A stretch of DNA of 64,000 bases, from contig CALWJW010000001.1 in NCBI GenBank assembly GCA_944381095.1, positions 1,987-65,986 of the forward strand. Reading direction: 5' to 3'. The DNA comes from an uncultured Clostridia bacterium. GTDB lineage: Bacteria; Bacillota; Clostridia; Oscillospirales; CAG-272. Both the position numbers and the translations under genes were made by a program. Under the pieces are notes generated by a model, which had not been told where the DNA came from, searched no databases, and saw only the letters and a program-made list of their open reading frames with translations. Shown one piece after another: positions 1 to 9,505 of the stretch; position 1 is the stretch's first letter, and each line of letters begins with the position of its first letter.

Positions 1-591
1 CCGTCAAAACCTACTGCTGAGCGTGGAAGTATCCTCTTCTGATAACTGTTGTCTTTTTTAAGAAGACGCGAGAGTTTTAAAATGATTTTCTCAGCCTTAT
101 CCTCCAGATACGCATTTTTGCAGCAGGTATTTATTTCATTATCATAAACTCCGATGACTTTTAGATAGCTGTAAATGCTGTTGTATTTTCTTGACTTTGC
201 GTTGAGGAGTGCAAAAATATCTTTTGAATGATCGTTCAGTTTATAGGGGTCAAGAAAAGCGCTTACATCAACAATTTTTTCTTTTAATCCTACGGCAGTC
301 GGTTCATATATGTGGGGGGAAGTGCCGTCGACTATGGCAGTACCGGAATTTTTTATGATCAGACCGTCGAGTGAGCAGGGATCTGAAGAACAAAGGAATT
401 TTTCAGTTTCCAGTCCGCGGAGTTCAGCTTCTTGCGCGATATCATTCATCAGCCTGCTTTTGCCGGTACCGGGACCTCCTTTTATCACATATATCTTTTT
501 GCATCCGCCGAATATTTCATTAAAGTAGGACACAAAGCCCTGAGCGGTATTCATGCCCGCAAAATAGACTTCGTTTACGAATTTACCCACA
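1..591 (-). CDS. P-loop ATPase, conserved clostridial family; N-terminal part only (gene runs off the window edge)
   Basis: It is absent from the ORF track because no stop lies inside the window. The reverse frame is open from 591 to 1. GTG at 591 sits 8 nt after GAGAGGAAGG. The translation VGKFVNEVYFAGMNTAQGF...KKIYVIKGGPGTGKSRLMNDIAQEA carries a Walker A motif. The family name (PRK06851-like) is from memory. Confidence 0.6.
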
Positions 592-674
592 AAAAAAACC
601 TTCCTCTCTTGATTTTGCCTTCCGGCCTACTACATTTTATGTTTTCAGGTCATTTTTGTGATAAAAAAGGGATA

Positions 675-1172
675 TCAGAGTATTTTTTCAAACACAATAC
701 GTTCTTCTCCGGTCGGAAGGATGACATTTCCGACCTGACGGAAGCCGTTTTTTGTCAGAAGGTTGCGCATACGGAAATTAAGTTTATGAGTATCGAGTCT
801 TATAGAAGTTTTCCCGAAAGAAACGGCGGTCTTGCAGCATTGCGAGATCAACTCTGAGCCGACACCATGTCTCAGAATCTTATCCGAAACGGCAAATCTG
901 TGTGCAACAACAGCGTTATCGTCTTCAAATTTACCTCCGCTCAGAGTTTGGTAGTAAGGTTCGTTTGGTATAATCTGTACGGTCGCCAGGACAATTCCGT
1001 TTTCTTCCAGAACGTAGCATGAACCGGCTTTTACATCTTCGGCGAAGGTGGCGGGACCCGGATCGTTTCCTTGCCACTGAGGTATGTTGCTGTTTTTCAG
1101 CAGCAATTTTGCGCACTTGTATATTTCGCAAACTGCCTTGGCGTCTTTTTCGTCTGCTTTTCTGAATTTCAT
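675..1172 (-). CDS. GNAT family N-acetyltransferase
   Basis: This is ORF 675..1235 with the start moved to the internal ATG (MKFRKADEKD...), which follows GGAGAAATCCTAT. The acetyl-CoA motif region is LRHGVGSELI, with the typical GNAT C-terminal NGF. Confidence 0.8.
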   Translation of the reverse strand: MKFRKADEKDAKAVCEIYKCAKLLLKNSNIPQWQGNDPGPATFAEDVKAGSCYVLEENGIVLATVQIIPNEPYYQTLSGGKFEDDNAVVAHRFAVSDKILRHGVGSELISQCCKTAVSFGKTSIRLDTHKLNFRMRNLLTKNGFRQVGNVILPTGEERIVFEKIL

Positions 1173-1608
1173 ATAGGATTTCTCCGCAGTAAAAGTCTTT
1201 TCGGGTATTATACTACTTTCTGTCCGCCAAGTCAAGTACGAGGATATTTTCAGTTTTATTTTTGAAACTTCATAACACGGAGCAATCAGAATGAAAATTC
1301 ATTTTTTTACCGCGCTGTGTTTATTTTCAGGTAATTTTTCCGGGCTCCGCCTAAACAAGCCTCAAATACCTTAAAAACATATCACCGAAGCATTATCTGC
1401 ACGTAATTGTTTTGAACGTAACCTGAATTGCCCGGTTTGTACTGTTTCACCGCAAAATAACTTACCTGAAAAACCGATTAACCTGATTTTTAATTGTCTC
1501 GGTGTTCGGAGTTGAATTAAAAATTCTGAAACGGGCGAAGCGTCCGACTTTTCATTCTTTTGAACCCGGGAAAGTAAATTGATTCGGGAGTTAAAAAAAT
1601 TGACAGAC

Positions 1609-1637
1609 TTGACATAATTTTTAAAATATGGTAAAAT
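1609..1637 (+). promoter_or_regulatory. sigma-A type promoter for putP
   Basis: TTGACA (1609-1614), a 17-nt spacer, then TGgTAAAAT (extended -10, 1629-1637). Confidence 0.55.
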
Positions 1638-1646
1638 AATTTTAAT

Positions 1647-1696
1647 TTTTAAGCGGACGGAGAAATATCCTTTTAAGCGGACGGAGAAATATCCTT
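1647..1696 (+). repeat. Perfect 24-nt tandem duplication in the putP 5' leader
   Basis: TTTTAAGCGGACGGAGAAATATCC occurs at 1647-1670 and again at 1671-1694, followed by TT. It lies between the predicted -10 and the SD of putP. Confidence 0.9.
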
Positions 1697-1726
1697 CGTA
1701 AAAGTAATTTTGAAAGGTGAAAGATA

Positions 1727-3283
1727 ATGACAGGCAATCAGATACAGATACTGATAACGATGTCGGTATACCTGATAGGCATAGTGATGATAGGTGTTTT
1801 TTATGCCAAGCGGGCAAATAAAAACAGTGATTATTACTTTCTCGGAGACAGGGGACTCGGACCTTGGGTAACTGCCATGAGCGCGGAAGCGTCAGATATG
1901 AGCGGATGGTTGCTTATGGGACTTCCCGGTGTGGCTTATTGGATGGGAATTGCAGATGCGGCGTGGACGGCAATAGGACTTGCGCTGGGGACATACATAA
2001 ACTGGCTGATAGTTTCAAAACGGCTACGCAGGTACAGCGTAAAAGTAAAATCTATAACCATACCCGAGTTTTTTTCCAACCGTTTCCATGAGAAAAGCGG
2101 TGTAATACTTGCCGTATCGGCACTATTTATACTGGTGTTTTTCACAGTATACGCAGCCAGCTGTCTTGTGACCTGCGGCAAACTGTTTTCAACACTGTTC
2201 GGAACGCCGTATGTGGTAATGATGATAGTGGGAGCTGTCTTTGTTCTCGTATATACTTTTCTCGGCGGTTTTCTTGCCGAAAGCGTTTCGGATTTCATAC
2301 AGGCTTTTGTGATGATAACAGTTTTGATAATAACTCTCGCAGTCGGAGTATTTGCCGCCGGGGGATTCGGTCAGATAATTGAAAACTGCCGTAATATTCC
2401 CGGATTTCTTGAATTTTTCTCGATAGCCACGCCTACCGTTTCCGACGCCGGGACACAAATAATCGAAAACGGAAGCCCTGTGTTCGGAGAGGCGGCAAAA
2501 TATTCGGCACTGAGTGTTTTTTCCGCTCTTGCCTGGGGACTCGGTTATTTCGGAATGCCACAGGTATTGCTGAGATTTATGGCGATATCGGAAGAAAATA
2601 AATTGAAGGTTTCAAGGCGCATAGCAGTTATATGGTGTGTAATATCTCTTGCTGTATCGGTATTCATAGGTATCATCGGAAGAACATTATATCCCACAGA
2701 GCTTCTTACGCAGGCGCAGTCTGAAAACATTTTCATACTGATGTCTGAAAGACTGCTTCCTCCGCTGATAGCCGGTCTTTCGATGGCGGGAATACTTGCG
2801 GCTACAATGAGTTCGTCAGATTCCTATCTGCTAATAGCTTCTTCGGCGGCGGCCAAAGACATATACAAGCGAATTTTCCGCAAAAATGCAGAAGAAAAAC
2901 AGATAATGCTGATTTCAAGGGTATCCCTTGTTGTTATAACTCTGATTGCGATAGTGATAGCACTTGATGAAAACAGCAGGATTTTCTCAATAGTGTCGTT
3001 CGCTTGGGCGGGATTCGGAGCGACATTCGGTCCGCTTATGCTCTTTTCGCTGTTCTGGAAGAGAACCAATTTTTACGGAGCGGTGGCTGGTATGCTCGGG
3101 GGCGGAATAAGCGTGTTTGTATGGAAGCTCGCCATAAAACCGCTGGGCGGTGTTTTCGCCATATACGAACTGCTTCCCGCATTTATAATATCGTCGATTC
3201 TTATAATTATCGTTTCTCTTGTCACAGAAAAACCTTCGGAAAAGATAGAGACGGAATTTGAGGAAGTAAAAAAAGGAATCTGA
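1727..3283 (+). CDS. putP: sodium/proline symporter (SSF family)
   Basis: 518-aa polytopic membrane ORF. YFLGDRGLGPWVTAMSAEASDMSGWLLMGLPG matches the PutP/SSF signature region. The SD is GAAAGGTGA. Confidence 0.8.
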   Translation: MTGNQIQILITMSVYLIGIVMIGVFYAKRANKNSDYYFLGDRGLGPWVTAMSAEASDMSGWLLMGLPGVAYWMGIADAAWTAIGLALGTYINWLIVSKRLRRYSVKVKSITIPEFFSNRFHEKSGVILAVSALFILVFFTVYAASCLVTCGKLFSTLFGTPYVVMMIVGAVFVLVYTFLGGFLAESVSDFIQAFVMITVLIITLAVGVFAAGGFGQIIENCRNIPGFLEFFSIATPTVSDAGTQIIENGSPVFGEAAKYSALSVFSALAWGLGYFGMPQVLLRFMAISEENKLKVSRRIAVIWCVISLAVSVFIGIIGRTLYPTELLTQAQSENIFILMSERLLPPLIAGLSMAGILAATMSSSDSYLLIASSAAAKDIYKRIFRKNAEEKQIMLISRVSLVVITLIAIVIALDENSRIFSIVSFAWAGFGATFGPLMLFSLFWKRTNFYGAVAGMLGGGISVFVWKLAIKPLGGVFAIYELLPAFIISSILIIIVSLVTEKPSEKIETEFEEVKKGI

Positions 3284-3370
3284 ATTTGATACGGGACGTT
3301 ATCAAGTTTTTTAAATTCGGTAAATAGTAATGATTCCGGAGCCGGAATTTCTGATTTGCCTATACAAAAA

Positions 3371-3415
3371 CTCCCTGCACGGCGGTTAAGTTAAGCACGT
3401 AGCAGAGAGTTTTTT
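3371..3415 (+). terminator. putative intrinsic terminator after putP
   Basis: CTCCCTGC (3371-3378) pairs with GCAGAGAG (3402-3409) with one mismatch, extended by ACG/CGT, followed by TTTTTT. Confidence 0.45.
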
Positions 3416-3702
3416 GTTCGGCGTGATTTTTAAATGTAAAACTTAAAAAACGCAGTATTTTTCGGGTAATAAATCTTGTTATCTCTCCAATGACAGTAAA
3501 AATAACGGGGAAAGGAGTCTTTTCGGGAATATTTTGTCTAAACTAAGCCGGATCTTATCGAGAATGCTAAATCCAAATAACATCCGCATAAAATCTGTCG
3601 GTCATCCCCGAACATCTCCTTGTAAAGAAACAGAAGTACTGAGTAAAAATTGATGCCGGCTTCAGTTTTGTGAATTTTTAATCGGTCATTGTTAGGTACA
3701 AA

Positions 3703-3727
3703 TAAAAAACCGCGCCGAACGGCACGG
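3703..3727 (-). terminator. intrinsic terminator of the tRNA-Arg/tRNA-His unit
   Basis: On the minus strand CCGTGCC-gttc-GGCGCGG (7-bp stem, one G-U) is followed by TTTTTTAT, immediately 3' of tRNA-His. Confidence 0.6.
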
Positions 3728-3734
3728 TAAAATA

Positions 3735-3812
3735 TGGGGTGAGTAATGGGACTCGAACCCACGGCCTTCAGGGCCACAACCTGACGCTCTAACCAACTGA
3801 GCTATACCCACC
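3735..3812 (-). tRNA. tRNA-His (anticodon GTG), CCA encoded
   Basis: Manual cloverleaf: G-1 plus acceptor GTGGGTA/TACTCAC, D arm GCTC..GAGC, anticodon stem TCAGG/CCTGA with loop TTGTGGC, T arm GTGGG-TTCGAGT-CCCAT, and 3' CCCA. Confidence 0.9.
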
Positions 3813-3815
3813 GGA

Positions 3816-3892
3816 TGGCGTACCTTGGGGGATTCGAACCCTCGACCTACTGCTTAGAAGGCAGTTGCTCTATCCGACTGAGCTAAAGGTAC
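3816..3892 (-). tRNA. tRNA-Arg (anticodon TCT), CCA encoded
   Basis: Manual cloverleaf: acceptor GTACCTT/AAGGTAC, D arm GCTC-AGTCGGATA-GAGC, anticodon stem ACTGC/GCAGT with loop CTTCTAA, T loop TTCGAAT, and 3' GCCA. Confidence 0.9.
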
Positions 3893-3910
3893 ATTTTTCC
3901 GACGGAGTTA

Positions 3911-3939
3911 ATTATATCACATCAGAATGGTTTTGTCAA
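3911..3939 (-). promoter_or_regulatory. consensus sigma-A promoter for the tRNA unit
   Basis: On the minus strand: TTGACA, a 17-nt spacer, then TGaTATAAT. The -10 ends about 19 nt upstream of the tRNA-Arg 5' end. Confidence 0.75.
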
Positions 3940-4136
3940 TAGAAAAAGACAAACTTTTTCGGCAGATAAGATCACTCCGTTAAGCAGTTTACGGTTCATG
4001 AGGAAAAATATGAAAATTATCGGGAAATGATCCGGAAATCATAATCGTAGCCGGTTTTTTCAAAGCTCTGTAAATGTCAGTAGTGGTAAGGTGGACAGAC
4101 TGTTAACGCGGATAATGCTTAATTTACAAAAAACTG

Positions 4137-4165
4137 TTGATTATTACGGGAAATTATACTATAAT
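4137..4165 (+). promoter_or_regulatory. sigma-A type promoter upstream of the NusG_II/Gx pair
   Basis: TTGATT (4137-4142), a 17-nt spacer, TATAAT (4160-4165). A ~175-nt leader follows. Confidence 0.55.
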
Positions 4166-4340
4166 GATACAGATGAAGCAGCCGGACGTGGGATCAAACT
4201 GAAACCGGTTAGCAGCAAGCTCAAATTAAAAGTCGTTTAAGAATAAAAACGGTACATATACGGTTTAATACCGTATAGCGTCGGAAGTCACCGGAATACC
4301 GAGATGATGCTTTGGTGATCGGAGAGTTACAGGAGAAGAA

Positions 4341-4721
4341 ATGAAAAATGCCGGTTCTAAATTATTCAGAGCGGGAGACCTGATCATTTGTTTTGCGGTG
4401 GTGGCGATTGCCGTTCTTCTGTTTGTATTGCCTTTTACGAAAAGCGGAAGTTCTGTGCTTGCGGTAAGCGTGGGGGGCAGCACACAGCGTTATGAATTGG
4501 GGCAGGATCGAGAATTTGTGCTTGAAAACAACGGAATTATGTTAAACGTGAAAATAGAGGCGGGTGAAGCTTCGGTCGTTTTGTCAACTTGTCCTGACAA
4601 AGTGTGTGTCAGAACAGGTAAAATTTCCGCGAAAGGGCAGATAATCGTATGTGCTCCGGCAGATATAGCAATCTGGATAGAGAGCGGAGAGGAGGACGGC
4701 TATGACGGCGTTATCGGTTAA
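4341..4721 (+). CDS. NusG domain II-containing membrane-anchored protein
   Basis: 126 aa with an N-terminal TM helix followed by a beta-rich domain carrying CPDKVCV. It overlaps the following Gx transporter gene, which is the usual pairing. The SD is ACAGGAGAAG. Confidence 0.7.
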   Translation: MKNAGSKLFRAGDLIICFAVVAIAVLLFVLPFTKSGSSVLAVSVGGSTQRYELGQDREFVLENNGIMLNVKIEAGEASVVLSTCPDKVCVRTGKISAKGQIIVCAPADIAIWIESGEEDGYDGVIG

Positions 4722-5214
4722 AAAAACTGCTTGTGCGGCGGCGTTTACCGTGCTTGCACTGGCGCTTTCTTATTTCGAAGGTTTTATTCCGCTGTCTTAC
4801 ATAATTCCTTTTCCGGGTATAAAGCTCGGACTCGCCAACATAGCGGTGATGGCAGCCTGTTTTTATCTCGGCATCGCATATGCGATCGGAGTTTCGCTTT
4901 GTCGGATATTTATAGGTTTTCTGCTGTTCGGTTCGGTTACATCGCTTTGGTTTTCGTTTTGCGGGGGAATTTTTGCCCTTGCCGGGCTATGGTTGTATAC
5001 TGCTTTCCTGAAAAATACAAATGGGATTATAGGAAGTTCGGTGCTTTGTGCGGCACTTCATTCAACGGGGCAATGCCTTGCCTGCTCAGCAATATACGGC
5101 TATTATGTGATGCTGACATACCTTCCGTACCTGTTGCTTTTTTCTGCGGCTACCGGAACGGTTATCGGCTTTATAGTCTGGCGTCTGATCAGTTTAAAAA
5201 TTTATCAGGGATAG
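4702..5214 (+). CDS. Gx transporter family protein (formerly heptaprenyl diphosphate synthase component I-like)
   Basis: 170 aa with about 5 TM helices. GGAGGAGG lies upstream of the ATG. This is the classic partner of NusG_II proteins. Confidence 0.7.
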   Translation: MTALSVKKTACAAAFTVLALALSYFEGFIPLSYIIPFPGIKLGLANIAVMAACFYLGIAYAIGVSLCRIFIGFLLFGSVTSLWFSFCGGIFALAGLWLYTAFLKNTNGIIGSSVLCAALHSTGQCLACSAIYGYYVMLTYLPYLLLFSAATGTVIGFIVWRLISLKIYQG

Positions 5215-5218
5215 AAAT

Positions 5219-6655
5219 ATGGAAAAAGAAGTAATACTTTCGGAATCTGAAATAAAAAAACAGTTTGATTATATGTCTCAGGTGAAAACCCTCATCGGCA
5301 CCGGGAAAAAAGTGTATATCAGAACCTTCGGATGTCAGCAGAATGAAGCCGACAGTGAAAAGCTGCTCGGTATGGCGGAAACAATGGGATACACACCTAC
5401 CGATAAAAGCGGACAGGCCGACCTTATACTGGTCAATACTTGTGCGGTAAGGGAACACGCGGAGCTGAAAGCGTTGTCAATAAGCGGCGAATACAAGCAT
5501 TGCAAGGCGGATAATCCTCAACTTATCATAGGAATATGCGGATGCATGGTTTCTCAGGAGCATCGTGTAAAAGATATAAAAAACAGATATCCATATGTCG
5601 ATTTTCTTCTCGGAACCACTCTTATTCACCGTTTTCCGGAAATACTTTTTAAAACGCTGACCGAGAAAAAGCGTAATTTCTGGGTGTCGCCAGAAACATC
5701 GGTTATAGCCGAAAATCTTCCCGTAAGCCGTGTTCCGGGTGCCGTCGAAGCATGGGTTTCCGTTATGTACGGGTGCAATAATTTCTGCACTTATTGCATA
5801 GTGCCCTATGTAAGGGGAAGAGAGCGGAGCAGAAACCCGGAAGATGTAATAAAGGAAGTTGACAGTCTGATCAAGAACGGTGTAAAATCCATTACATTGC
5901 TCGGTCAGAACGTAAATTCTTACAAACCGCTGTCAAAGCCGGGATACGGATTTCCGGAGCTTCTTGAAGATTTGTGCAAGTTAGACGGAGAATGTGTGAT
6001 CGGTTTTATGACCAGTCATCCGAAGGACGCGACAGCAGAGCTTGTTGAAGTGATAGCAAAACATCCTCCTGCAACGGGAAAAGTCGGAATATCCAGGCGT
6101 TTTCATCTGCCGTTGCAGTCAGGCAGCGACAGAATACTGAAAGCGATGAACAGACATTATACGCTGGAAAAATACATGAGTCTTGTTGAAAACATAAAAC
6201 GCCGGATACCGGGAGTTTCTCTGACCACCGACATAATAGTCGGGTTTCCGACGGAGACCGAGGAGGAATTCAGACAGACTCTGGATGCAGTACGGCGTGT
6301 CAGATACGATAATATATATTCGTTTATATATTCCAAGAGAAAAGGAACTGCGGCGGCAGCAATGGAAGGACAGATAGACGAAAGAGTCAAGGGAGAAAGA
6401 CTGAGAAGACTTATTGACTTGCAATCGGAAATTTCAAAGGAAAACAATGTACGTCTTGAAAACCTGACAGTCCGGGGACTTATCGAGGGAGTAAGTAAGA
6501 CAAGTCCGGAGAAAATGACTGCACGAACAGCTGACGGAAAACTGATACATTTTACCGGAAACCCGGAGGATGCAGGTAAGTGCGGGCTTTTCCTTATCGA
6601 AAAGGCGGAAAGTCACGAACTATTCGGGAGCCTTGTAAAAACAGAGGATATCTGA
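5219..6655 (+). CDS. miaB: tRNA-i6A37 methylthiotransferase
   Basis: 478 aa. It has the MTTase N-domain cysteines (FGCQQN, NTCAVRE), the radical-SAM motif CNNFCTYC, and a C-terminal TRAM-like region. Confidence 0.9.
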   Translation: MEKEVILSESEIKKQFDYMSQVKTLIGTGKKVYIRTFGCQQNEADSEKLLGMAETMGYTPTDKSGQADLILVNTCAVREHAELKALSISGEYKHCKADNPQLIIGICGCMVSQEHRVKDIKNRYPYVDFLLGTTLIHRFPEILFKTLTEKKRNFWVSPETSVIAENLPVSRVPGAVEAWVSVMYGCNNFCTYCIVPYVRGRERSRNPEDVIKEVDSLIKNGVKSITLLGQNVNSYKPLSKPGYGFPELLEDLCKLDGECVIGFMTSHPKDATAELVEVIAKHPPATGKVGISRRFHLPLQSGSDRILKAMNRHYTLEKYMSLVENIKRRIPGVSLTTDIIVGFPTETEEEFRQTLDAVRRVRYDNIYSFIYSKRKGTAAAAMEGQIDERVKGERLRRLIDLQSEISKENNVRLENLTVRGLIEGVSKTSPEKMTARTADGKLIHFTGNPEDAGKCGLFLIEKAESHELFGSLVKTEDI

Positions 6656-6912
6656 ATTGTATTCCGGAATCTGAAATGATGATATTTTAACTGTGTCCCG
6701 GAATCTGAGCCGAGGATCTAAGACCCGTATTGCGTAATCGAAACGGACGAGTAAAAAGCGGCTTTATACGTTAGACAAGAAACTTTACGGCAGTTACGTA
6801 AGGCAATGCTTTGGGGATGACGGAAAAGCCGAAAGTCAAAATCAGGCGTTTGCAATATACGGATTTTTTGATGTTTACAAAATAACAACTATTTGAAAGG
6901 TGATAAACCGAC

Positions 6913-9492
6913 ATGACACCGATGATGCAGCAGTATCTTGAAGTAAAGAAAAATTACCCCGACACATTTTTGTTTTACAGACTTGGGGATTTTTATGAAA
7001 TGTTTTTTGATGACGCAAAGAAAGCGTCGGCAATACTTGAACTCACCCTCACCGGACGTGACTGCGGTGAAGATGAAAGGGCGCCGATGTGCGGAGTACC
7101 TTATCATGCTGCTGACAGTTATATAGCCAAACTTGTTTCAAGGGGCTACAAGGTCGCGATCTGCGAACAGACGGAAGATCCGGCGACAGCCAAAGGTCTG
7201 GTGAGGAGAGAAATAGTCAGAGTAATAACACCGGGGACAGTCACTGACAATACAATGCTTGACGAAAAGAAATATAATTACATATGTTCTCTTAACTTAC
7301 AGGGGGATAAAGCGGCTCTCGCATTTGCCGATGCGTCGACCGGAGATATGAGCGCGGTTTTTCTCAGCGGACGCGACATAGAGGAAAAAATAATATCTGA
7401 ATCGGAAAGATATGCGCCGCGGGAAATACTTTTCAATGCGGAAATCAGTGAATATAAAAAACTCAGGGAATATTTTTGCGATAAATTGAAGGCAATGGTG
7501 ACCTCGCGCGGCGACGGCTTTGATTACGATGTGGCGCTGCTGAGGGTAAAAAGGCAGCTTGGAAAGAATACACCGGAGGAGCTTGTCAACAATCCGGTAA
7601 TGACCGGAGCGGCAGGGGCGCTGCTTGCATATATATCCGAAACCCAGAAATCGGATATTTCTTACATACGGGGGGTTACTGTATACAGTGACGGCCAGTA
7701 TCTTGAGCTTGATCCCAGCAGCCGGAGAAACCTCGAAATATGTGAAACAATGAGAAGCAAGGAAAAGAAGGGTTCTCTGCTGTGGGTGCTCGATAAGACA
7801 GTGACCTCGATGGGAGCGAGACTTCTGAGAAAATGGCTGGAAATGCCTTTGGTAAATACGAGAGCGATAGAGCGCCGGCAAAAGGCTGTTTCGGAGCTGA
7901 AAGAAAATTATCTACTGAGGAAAGAGCTGACAGAAACTCTTCGACCGGTACTTGACATAGAAAGGTTGATGGCAAAGGTAGTATACGGTACGGCAAACGC
8001 AAGGGACATAAGGTGCGTAGCCGAAACGCTTTCGGCAGTCGGACAGGTAAAGAAGCAGATGGCGGATGTTGCCGTGGATGAACTGAAATCAATACGGGAT
8101 CTTCTTGATCCGCTCGAAGAATTTGTCGCCAAGATAAAAAATTCAGTGGTGGAAAATCCTCCGCTTACAGTGCGCGAAGGCGGAATGATCGCACCCGGAG
8201 TTGATGAAGAGCTGGACAGACTCCACGGATTGTTGAGCAACAGTAAAACATACCTTGAAGAGCTGATAGAAGAGGAGAGAAAAGCAACCGGAATAAGCAA
8301 GTTGAAATACGGCTATAACAGAGTTTTCGGGTACTATATAGAAGTCACTAATGCAAACAAAGGTGAATTGCCTGACTACTACATAAGAAAACAGACTCTC
8401 GCAAACGGGGAAAGATATATAACGCCGAAGCTCAAAGAGCTTGAATCCGAGATACTCGGTGCATCCGAAAAGATTTGCGATCTCGAATATAACATTTTCT
8501 GCGGTCTCAGGGATATAACAGCCGGGCTTTCGTCTGAAATACACGAAAATGCCCAACTGATGGCACTGCTTGATGTTTATCTGTCGCTCAGCGAAGCGGC
8601 GTCGAGGTATAATTACATATGTCCTGAGGTCTCATATGACGACAGGATAGAGATTAAAGACGGGCGGCATCCGGTAGTGGAGCTGTTTGTAAAAGACAGT
8701 TATTTTGTGCCTAACGATACGGTTCTTGATACATCAGCGAACAGACTTATGCTTATAACCGGTCCGAACATGGCAGGAAAATCCACATATATGCGCCAGG
8801 TGGCGCTTATAACCCTGATGGCGCAGATAGGTTCGTTTGTCCCGGCGCAGGAAGCGCATATAGGCGTAGTCGACAAGTTATTTACGCGTGTAGGAGCATC
8901 GGACGATCTGGCGTCGGGTCAGTCGACTTTTATGCTGGAAATGAATGAAGTCAGTTACATCGTGAAGAACGCCACGAAGCGGTCGCTGATAATATATGAC
9001 GAAATAGGTCGTGGGACCAGTACATATGACGGCATGAGCATAGCAAAAGCAATTGCCGAGTACACTGCGGGTAAAAAATTAGGAGCAAAAACTCTTTTCG
9101 CGACTCATTATCACGAGCTGACGTCGCTTGAAGGAGAAAAGGACGGAATAGTGAACTATTATATAGCCGCAAAGAAAAAAGGCGAGGACATAATTTTTCT
9201 TCGTAAGATACTCAGAGGCAAAGCCGACGACAGCTACGGAATAGAAGTCGCAAAGCTTGCGGGAATCCCGAATGAAATAATAAAACGTGCAAGGGAAGTT
9301 CTGGGTGAGATCGAAGCCGGAATCGGTCATCAGCAAATTGTGACAGCGATACCCGAAAACGACAATATTTCATTTGAAGACATGACGGATAAAGAAATAT
9401 CAAGACGTGTGAAGGAGTGTAATATCAACACACTCACGCCACTTGAAGCGCTCAATTTCATATACGAACTGAAAAAAATGGCGGAAAGCTGA
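6913..9492 (+). CDS. mutS: DNA mismatch repair protein MutS
   Basis: 859 aa with N-terminal MTPMMQQYLEVK..FYRLGDFYE, Walker A GPNMAGKST, and DEIGRGTSTYDG. Confidence 0.95.
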   Translation: MTPMMQQYLEVKKNYPDTFLFYRLGDFYEMFFDDAKKASAILELTLTGRDCGEDERAPMCGVPYHAADSYIAKLVSRGYKVAICEQTEDPATAKGLVRREIVRVITPGTVTDNTMLDEKKYNYICSLNLQGDKAALAFADASTGDMSAVFLSGRDIEEKIISESERYAPREILFNAEISEYKKLREYFCDKLKAMVTSRGDGFDYDVALLRVKRQLGKNTPEELVNNPVMTGAAGALLAYISETQKSDISYIRGVTVYSDGQYLELDPSSRRNLEICETMRSKEKKGSLLWVLDKTVTSMGARLLRKWLEMPLVNTRAIERRQKAVSELKENYLLRKELTETLRPVLDIERLMAKVVYGTANARDIRCVAETLSAVGQVKKQMADVAVDELKSIRDLLDPLEEFVAKIKNSVVENPPLTVREGGMIAPGVDEELDRLHGLLSNSKTYLEELIEEERKATGISKLKYGYNRVFGYYIEVTNANKGELPDYYIRKQTLANGERYITPKLKELESEILGASEKICDLEYNIFCGLRDITAGLSSEIHENAQLMALLDVYLSLSEAASRYNYICPEVSYDDRIEIKDGRHPVVELFVKDSYFVPNDTVLDTSANRLMLITGPNMAGKSTYMRQVALITLMAQIGSFVPAQEAHIGVVDKLFTRVGASDDLASGQSTFMLEMNEVSYIVKNATKRSLIIYDEIGRGTSTYDGMSIAKAIAEYTAGKKLGAKTLFATHYHELTSLEGEKDGIVNYYIAAKKKGEDIIFLRKILRGKADDSYGIEVAKLAGIPNEIIKRAREVLGEIEAGIGHQQIVTAIPENDNISFEDMTDKEISRRVKECNINTLTPLEALNFIYELKKMAES

Positions 9493-9505
9493 TTTAGGAG
9501 TATAT

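Noticed and set aside
1647-1696. Whether the putP-leader repeats, or any other repeat in the window, represent a CRISPR array.
   Set aside because: There are only two directly abutting copies with no spacers. No other regularly spaced repeats or cas genes are present in the window.
3538-3777. 79-aa minus-strand ORF starting inside tRNA-His.
   Set aside because: Its start codon lies within the tRNA, and it crosses the tRNA terminator. There is no SD.
4166-4340. The ~175-nt leader upstream of the NusG_II/Gx pair, considered as a possible riboswitch. It contains the 8-bp hairpin TATACGGT/ACCGTATA and competing TCACC/GGTGA stems.
   Set aside because: I recognise no known riboswitch consensus. 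There is no terminator or SD-sequestering alternative that I can demonstrate. It is left as an unexplained leader.
4731-5234. 167-aa ORF in an alternative frame over the Gx transporter gene. The same applies to 51668..52162 over the Wzm permease gene.
   Set aside because: The competing frames give clean polytopic membrane proteins with SDs and operon coupling. The alternative frames are Arg/Cys-rich and have no start signals.
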